DNA of 11,136 nt. It comes from Armatimonadota bacterium (GTDB lineage: Bacteria > Vulcanimicrobiota > JACPDS01 > JBDRKI01). Numbering within the stretch: position 1 is the first letter of the stretch; every line of letters starts with the position of its first letter. Positions 1-9,000 of the stretch are shown piece after piece. Below the pieces are notes generated by a model. It worked only from the letters and a program-made list of their open reading frames with translations. It was not told where the DNA came from and ran no database searches. A program made the translations under genes and the position numbers. Location of the stretch: the NCBI GenBank assembly GCA_043814095.1, contig JBDRKI010000106.1, positions 1 through 11,136 on the forward strand. The letters run 5' to 3'.

Positions 1-1
1 G

Positions 2-3000
2 GGATTCAAAACCAGAGACATTAATATATTATTAACCGCGCTGGGCCAAGTTAGAGATGATATATCTAAAAAATCAGGGACAGCGACAGTAAAACAAGAC
101 ACAGAACCCCAAAAAATAACGGAACCAACGCAAGCAGTACCTGAAAAAATTGAAATAAAGCCTTTATCAGATGATAAATTTATATCTTTACTGCAAAATG
201 AATATTCAGAAGCAGTTAAACCCTCCCTATGGGCAAGCAGGTTAATTAATCACCTGCTGGTTTCCACAGAGAACTTCTGTCCTAAAGATTTTACCGGCAC
301 AACCGGCTTTACAAGAAAAAATACTCTATCACGCTGGGATAAATTAACCAGCATGATAGAGACAGAGTTTGAATCCGTTATAATGGCAAGCGGGAAACCT
401 GCAATTGAAATGGTTAATAAATACATTACCCTCTTAGACCTGTTTCTAAAGCATGATATAAAAGATGCCGGGGGAAAGAAGATTACAAACCTTATAGACG
501 CATACGCGTACCTTCTTAAAAACCAGGTTGTTTCAGAGACGGATGAACCTTTAGATTTAAGCTGGGGCAAAGATCTCTTTGAATATCATAATACCGACCA
601 CAAAGGATTCTTCAAGTTTCTTGAATATGAAGAACTTGTAAGATTCAGAGACCATCTTAAAGCGGAAAATGATGCTAAAAAATTAAAGAAAGATAAAAAA
701 GCATTTGACAGGGTAAAAAAAGCTTCTTCTTTATTCACTGTGACACATAGAGGCCCTGACACAAGCTCGCCTTCTATATGGAAAAAAACCGCAAAATCAA
801 ACACAAACGGGACAATAACACCGCCCGGGCAGTCAAAAAATTATCCTCCAATAACAGTCCGCCCCGGCGTACTGCCCCATGAGCGCAAGGGATATCCTGC
901 TGCCGGGGGAAGGGCAAAAATACCCTCTACGGGAAGAAAACAGGATCACATAATAGTATTACGGGCGCTTAATGCAAACAAAACCCGCAAAGAAGCCGCC
1001 GGGAAACTTGAAAAATCCGATGTTTATGTATCCGACATATGCAGGGAAATAAGGGAACTGCAGTACGGTGCATCTGAAATATTAACAGAATATGAAAACA
1101 GCACAGGATTAAAGGTTGCGAAAATACTGGAGCTTTGCAAAGATTTAACCTCAAAAAAAGGCATAACAGAAAAAGATCTGCTTGAAGCCATAATAACGAC
1201 AAATTCCTTCAAAGAAGCCGCGGTCCATTTAAACATTAATGATAAGGTGTTTTTAAGAAGGATTAAAAACCTCCGTGAAAAACTGGAACAAGACCCGGTA
1301 AATGCCGGATATATGGCCGGACAGCTTGCCGGAACCCCTGCAGAAGCAAAATTTTATGAAAAATTCAAAAGAAAGCTTCGGCCCTCTGATATTGTAAAAC
1401 TATGCGCCACCAGAACTGATAATAAAACCGTAAAACAAGCAAAACTTATATATGACCTTATGCTGACCAAAAACAGAAATAAAGCGTGCAAATTATCGAG
1501 CCTGCAGGAAGCGGATTTCAATAAAAATATCCGCAAGATCAAAGCTTTAAATGATACAGACCTGCAGCTTCTGGCAGACTCATTAAATAAAAATCATCCC
1601 GAAATAAAAGAAAACCTGAAAAGACCCGCTGAAGCGAAAGACATTAAAGATATTCTTGATTACATAGATTTAAAAGACTCCGCGGATTTAGCGGAAGCTA
1701 TACTTCTTAAAAAATTTACGGGTGATAGCTCCAAACTTAAAAGAATAAACAGAAACACGCTCATAAGAAGAAAAGAAAAGTTTTCTGGGCTGTCCGCAGA
1801 AGATCTTCAGAAAATAGCCGGCATTATAAACAAATTTTACCCGCACATAAAAGAAGCGGCCGGCAGAGATATAACCGTTTCGGATATAAAAACGCTTGAT
1901 GCTCCCCGGGAAAAAGCGCCCGCAATAAAAGAAGAAAAAACCGCGGACACAGAGAAAAATATCCCGGCCACTGATACCGGAACAGCTCCCGGCATCCTAA
2001 CGGTTTTTTCAAAAAGTGAATTATGTCTGTTGGAATATTTAATAAACAACGCGGATACCATCCCTGTCGAAGGTTTCCGGGAATATTTAAAACACAGTTC
2101 AGAATACTTTAATGTTGCTGATACGGATAATCTTTTAAAGAACTTTAATGAAGCGGTTAAAACTCCGGAAAGCGTTAAATTCTTTGCCGGCAAACTTAAG
2201 GTTCCTGAATCCGGTATTCTCGAACTAAAAAAGAAATTACTGGCTGTTGAGAACACCTCAAAGCCTTCTGGGAAAACAAAGCCGGAAATAATTTTCAATG
2301 AAAAAGAACAGACATTTATAAAAGATTTAACTTCAAAAGATAACCTTAAAATCATATTAAACAGGCATAACCTATCGCTTAAAGACGTTGAAAAAATATT
2401 CGGTAAATCCCAGCAGGCCGCTTTAGAAGATATAGCGTTAGCAACGCAAGTTCTTGAAATAGAGAACCTGCTGAAACTCTTCCAGAAAAGACGGGCGGAA
2501 TTAAAACTCATACAAAGACAGAGTAAAAACGGATTTAAAGCTTCTCAGGGCGGCCTGCCGCCCTCCCCTCCTCAGGATTATAGAAACGGCGGCAACGGAT
2601 ATAGAGAAAGAAACTCCCGGATACTTCCTTTAAACGGCAAAGAATCCGGCAACTTAACCAACGGATCAATGATTGACTCCTTCAATAATGTCAGAAGCAA
2701 AGCCCCCGGACAGGATAAAGACATATCAACAGAAACCCGTGATCCGCTTAACCCCGGAGGGCCTAAACCGGCAGGGCTTAAATGGTGGGATGGATTCAAA
2801 AAGCAACATATGCCGGGCTTATATAAATCAGGCATATTATTCCAGGCATTAAGCGATGTGGATTTAAGCATTGTTCTGAGGGAACATGAAATTTCTTCAG
2901 TAGTTAATCAGATATACCGTGAATCGGGATATGAAAAAGCTTTGGAATTTTACAGAAAGCTTATTGAAATAAATAATGAAAAGGAATCCTTTACTAAAGA

Positions 3001-6000
3001 AGAATTAGATTCTGCAAAACCTTATCTTGCTACAATGGCTGTTAACGGTATAATCAAAAAATACGGATTCTACGGACAATTTGCCATAGACAATCCGGTA
3101 AAGTCCATTGCAGCCACTTACAAGGATTTTAATTATCCAATTTTTGATGTGTTAAATACCTTGGAAAAATATGATCAATTCTTTATTGATTTATTTAAAG
3201 CATTAAAAGAGATTGACCCTGCTTTTGTTGATGCGTTCAAAAAAACTTTTAATCCTGAAGATATAAATCAGGCAAAACGGGCTAAAACCATATTGATTGT
3301 AAATGAAGCATTGAGAACTTACGGTTGTAAAAAACATGACAAGCTGGCACACTGCCTGCCCAAAGAAGGCGCCGCATTATATCTAAGAAACCGAATACTT
3401 GATAGCCCTAAAACTTTTAATTTAAATAAAGATAATTATATTTCTTTCTTTACGGAAATAATTGAGAATTTAGGAAAAATTGATCCCGCGCTTGCGCTGG
3501 AATTTTCCGAAGGGCTCTGCTCGGGGCCTGAAGATCCTAAATATATAGTAATATCCTGCAGTAAAAATGAGATAAGATCTCCCTTTGCTGAATATATAGC
3601 TAATAAGATAATTTCCCGGAATGATAATTATAAAGATTATACAGTCGTATCCGCGGGGATAGATGCGCGGGAGGGAGCACCAAACTACTTTATCGTGGCA
3701 GATAAAACAACAGACGAACCCATAGACAGCAAGAAAAAAACAAGAGCCCTTAGCCCTGAGTTAGTAGAAAAAGCTGATATAGCATTCATTGTTCCCGAAC
3801 ATTACCAAGAAGCAGTGGAGAGATATCCCGGACACGCTGATAAGATACTGCCCATGGAACTGCCTCTGACAGTATTTACGGTGCATGAAGGCACAGTAGA
3901 GCTTTACCGTGAAATCATATTCGGGCATATAGAAATGCTCGCGAACTTGAAAAAAGCATTAAGAGGCTATTCTGCCGGACCTCAGGGTGGAACTAAAAAA
4001 ATAATACCCGGCTCATTAGTTGACGCGCATAAAGCAGAAAGAAAAGGCTTTGAAAATACTCAAAGACATGAAAGACAACCTGAAAACGGCAGCACAAGCA
4101 GTCATGACTCCAAAGGCCTGCAGACACCTTCACCCGGAGGCAGCCCTGTATATTTCGAATTTGGAGAAACTTTTATATTTAATCAATTAAGAGAGTCCGT
4201 AACACCGGATACGCTGGAGCTATATATAAGACAACAGGTAAAAGACCCTGATGCGTTTGCCCAAAAAATCAACACATTAACTCAAACAGACGAAGCTTTA
4301 AATAAATTTGCTAAAGAGCATGGGCTTGAAGTAGAAAAAATTGAGTTATTAAAAAGCACACTATCTTCAACGCAAAGCGCAACAGCTTTAACGCGCGATG
4401 AATCAATGCTTCTCAAATCATTAGGCAATCGACGGGTTATGCGATGGGACAAAATCATAAAAAATGCATCTATAGACCCCATGGCTCTGCGGGATAAAGT
4501 TGATAAACTTACCGAAACGACCGATGATAAACGCAGTTTTGCCAAAAAGTATTCTATTTCATTCGGGGAAGTAGACAGTTTAAATCGTGTATTATCCGAA
4601 ATCGTGCAGAAAACAGTTCTAAATAAAAATGAGGAAGCCGTAGTAAACAGACTAAAAAATACTTCCATGGAAGAATGGAAAGACATTATAATAAATTCTG
4701 AAGTTCACCTCGGAAATTTTGCAAAAAAAATAGATACCGTAAGCGCTTTCGATACTGCTAAACAATCTTTCCTTGAAGAATTCAGCTTTACAGAAAGAGG
4801 ACTGACACGCCTGAAAAATATAACATATGAGCTTCAAAAATCAAAACACCTCTCAGAAAGCCAGAAAAACTTACTTTCCCTTTTGAAAATTTCAGATATA
4901 AAAAAGTGGGAAGAGATATTAAATAATGAGATGAAACATGGAACTAAGGACTTAGCAGGTCTTAAATATAAAATCGATGTTTTAACCCGGAATGAAGCCG
5001 GCAGAGCAAAATTCACTAAAGATCATGGTATTGAAAAAATTGATGAATTAAAGAATTCGCTGAATAAAGTTTTAAACGAACAAAACTCACCTAAAACAGA
5101 AATAGAAGAAGGCGGTATTGGTGCAAAAGAATCAGAATCTAACCGCCACAGTAAAATGCCTAATATAAGACCCAACATGCCCCCGCACGCGAAACTGCAT
5201 CAGCGGAGGCCGGAATTAAAAGATACCTCAGCGGCAGTCAAATCAGGAAAAACCATAATGCTGGCTAAGGGTAAAAGCATAACCCTAACGGCGGCGGAAG
5301 AATCAATAATCGCCCTGCGGGGAGATAAAAACCGCAAAACAGCCGTAAAAAAATCCGTACTGGCTTTGAATATAGATGCCGTATCTTTCTTTGAAAAAAT
5401 AGATAAAGCAATCTGGCATGAAGCTTTTACGGCATTTAAAAAAGCCTACGGGCTTAGCGATATAAACCTTGCTGATCTGCATCATATACTAAGAGAATTA
5501 GACGAAGAAATAAAAGTACTGCAAAAACTGAATCAATTAAGAGACAGAAAAGACCGTATAATATCTATCTCAAACAAATTAAAATGGACGATAAAGAAAA
5601 CGGATCAAGCCTATAATAGAGCGCACAGGTATTTCAGAATCAAAGTTTTATCGGAACAAGAACTGGAATCTCTTGCCAAACAAGCAGGATATGAAAATGC
5701 CAAAGACCTGACGGAAGCCGTTAAAGCAAATAGTCCCCCTCCGAATTTAAATGAAAAAGCATTTGAAGCAGGTCTAACAATTACTGTGGGAGATTCAAAA
5801 AAATTCTACGGCTCTATAAGCAATATTATGACAAATATATTAAAACAGGACTTAAACGGGGATATTGCCGGTGTTTTTGCCGCTAAACTAAGAGAATACA
5901 AAAATCCATCTTTTATGATCAACTCCTGCATCAATATATTAAGAGAGTTTAAAAATAAAGGGGTAAAAGACTGCAAAGGTCATGATATTGCCGATATCAT

Positions 6001-9000
6001 ATCCATATATAATTACATGGCTGAAAATAACCTTTTTAAAAAGCCTGCAGAAAATTTAAAAGGCAGTGAAGATGCTTTTAAATGCCTTAACCTTGAATTT
6101 TTTGAAACAATTAAAAAAGAATTTAAAAATGGAAATGGAAACGGAAACGGGGAAAGCGTTCCCGAACTGCTGAGCCCCGGGTTTTTTGAAAGAGTTAGAG
6201 AGGAAATAAAAGATCCGGATATCGGAAGAACTGAAGATTTATACGGGAAAGACTGGTTTGAGATAGCTGATACGCTGCACGAGCGCACAGAGAAAGCTAA
6301 AGCTAAAACCAAAGCTAAGGAAAGCACGCGGGTAAAACCAAGCGAAAAAACAGCTTACATTGACGGCATACCGATGTCGGGTAAAGCCCCTAAAATAGAA
6401 GCAGGGAGTGTCGGCGCGCCCGAGATAAATAACAATCACTCCAAAATGCCTGTAGTAAGGCCTGAGTTTCCGCCGCACGCAAAACTGCACCGTATAACAG
6501 GCGCTATTGATTCCTTAACCCGCAAACTTTTCCCTGATTATTATACAGAGATGAAAATTAATAAAGCGGCTGAAAAGGCGGGAGTAAAAATATCCGGCGA
6601 AAATGATAATCCGGCATCGGAGCTGGAAACCGTATGCAATAATTACGGATGGGATAAAACTCTCAAACTTTACAAGCATATCCTTGAACTTCATAATAAA
6701 GAAAATATATTTAATCAGGATGAGATGCTTGCCGCAAAAAACATTATGCTGAATAAATTAGCGGTAATAGGCGGGATTGAAAAACAGAATATTGACGCAA
6801 AAATAAAGAAAGCTCTGGTTCAATCAATCCGGAACGCTAAATGCGCTACCCCGGAAGATACGGCCGTTTATACAAGGGAAGCTGTTTTAAGAACAAGCTT
6901 AAAAATAGATTGTATTAAGCTTCTTAATGATACCGTTAAGAATTTAGAAAAAATTGATATTAATTATGCCAATAAATTTAGTGCCGGAGCCGCCGGAAAA
7001 CCTGTTGTCAGTATATTACATGTATGCGAACTCCATCAGGTCCGCAGCACCGCGGCGGAATATTTTACAAACCTGCTTCTTTTTGAAAAATACGGAGACA
7101 GATTTACGGTTGAATCCGCCGGCACAAACGCGATAGACGGCCAGCCAACCGCGTTTCTGGTTGATATCGAAGGGATTTCCAGCGGATTAACCGGTATTTC
7201 TAGAAAACTAACCCCTGAGATGATTGAAAAAGCGGATGTCGTCTTCGCGGCAGTCGGCACTGAAGGAACCATAAAGAAAATTATTGAGGAAGCGGAACTG
7301 CCTGAACATCATTATATGAAGATTACAACAGGTTTCTTCCCGCGTTCGATTCAGAAAAAAGAAAATTTCATGCCCATGGTAGAGTATATAGAGGCAAGAG
7401 AGAAAATAAGGAAGGCTTTCGGCGGAAACCTGCCGGTGCCCCCCTCCCCCTGTCCCGGAGAACCGTCCGTTACAAAAGGTTCGGCAATAGACCAGTTTGG
7501 GATGCGGAAAGAGAAGGCAAATCCCGCTACCAAAGAACACAACCGGCTTGGCAGCGCGGTCAAGCCGGAAAAACATGACCGGGCAGAAATACACTGGGGA
7601 GAACTGCATAAAAAAGTTATGCCGGGACATTATTACAGTAAAAAAACCAATGTTAATCTGGCTGCTAAAGAACTTGGTATAACACTGCATAACTCTGATA
7701 TACATAAATTCCCCTCCCTTAAAGTCTATTTTGACAAAATATTTGAAACCATCAATGAAAGACACGGCTGGGATAAAGCCGTAGCCTTTTACAATAAACT
7801 CCTTCAGATAAATACGGAAAAAGGCGGTAAGGTTCTCTCTTCTGAAGATATTAATGAAGCTCAGCTGTTTTTAACAAGAATAGCTGTTAAAAATTCGGCA
7901 AAAGCTAACTCTCTGGAATTATTCTTAATGGATAAATTCACAGTAGAGGCAACTGCAGTTAATTTCAGAGAAGCAGTTCTTTTAAACGTTCTACCTGTTC
8001 AACTTGTTAAAAACTATAACTACATCCAGATATTCAGCAATACCGTACGTGAACTTGAAAAGCTGAATACTGCATTAGCATTTAAATTTAAAACAGCCCT
8101 TGGAGGCGGATACCTTGAAAACATCCTTTTTGTATGTGAACAAAACAAACTAAGGAGCCAGGGAGCGGAATTTTTAGTAAATATGATGTTGGATAAAAAA
8201 TACGGACGCAGGTTCTCGGTTAAATCTGCAGGGACTCGCGCATATGAGGGAGCTGAGACTGCTTGTATGGTGCAGATACAGGGAGAAACTAAATGTAGAA
8301 AAAGTACTACAAAAAAACTTACTCCTGCTCTTATTAAGAACGCTCATATGGTCTTTGTAACTCCGGAAAATTATAAAGTTGTATTTGATATGGTAACAGA
8401 ACTTATAAAAGAAGGAAAACTTGAAGAAAAAGATCTGCAGAAAATCAATAAAAAACTGTTCCCGCCGGGTGCAGGCATGTTATATAATGAAGGCGATTTT
8501 TCATTAATAGTACTATATATAGAGGCAAGAGATACCGTACATAAAGTATTCGGAGCAGATCCTATAAAAGAAGGCGGTATCGGGATAGAAGAACCCTGCT
8601 CTGACCGGCACAGCAAAATGCCTCAAATAAGACCTGAATGGCCTCCTTCCGCAAAAATGCATCACAGCCTTATACAGAAGCTGGGTCATGACAGATATCT
8701 GATAGGAAAACTTGCATTCCGGGATAATGAAATAAATTTCATTAAAGCCCTTAAAGATAATCCATCCTCTAAAATACCATCAATTGCCGGAAGACATAAA
8801 ATAGCGCAACCTTTAACTGTGCTGGTCAGGTTTAATACCCTGTACTATGAAGCAAAAGTTGAGGCAGCCGAGTTCCTGGGATTTGAAAGCTTGAACCAGT
8901 TTCAAAATACCATAACTAATGGTATGCGTGAATTAGGAGCAACCGGCCGGGGTAAATCCAAACCCGGGATAAAAGACGCATTCAAAGCCGGCACTTCCTT

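Noticed and set aside
554-6265. DLSWGKDLFEY (554) vs DLYGKDWFEI (6236) as a permuted repeat
   Set aside because: The match is too short and its position relative to the FKxL motif differs between copies; it could be chance.
7439-7456. C-rich tract (G-runs on the minus strand) as a G-quadruplex or phase-variable homopolymer
   Set aside because: It is explained by Pro codons in PPSPCP; the longest run is only 6 C and there are not four well-separated G-tracts.
6954-7682. Short plus-strand ORFs 6954-7136 and 7497-7682
   Set aside because: They are off-frame, about 60 aa, and overlap the PTP2 domain and a conserved linker encoded in frame +2.
3539-8554. Arsenate reductase (arsC) or wzb/ptpA/ywlE gene assignment
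   Set aside because: The fold is shared, but the CxGNxCRS and DP motifs are absent, no ArsC-type resolving cysteine pair is conserved across copies, there is no ars or capsule operon context, and the domains are embedded in a giant protein.
5102-8662. Linker repeats as CRISPR repeats, IS ends or other DNA-level repeats
   Set aside because: Spacing is over 1 kb and irregular, the copies are in frame, and differences include synonymous changes (e.g. cac agt / cac tcc / cac agc), so conservation is at the protein level.
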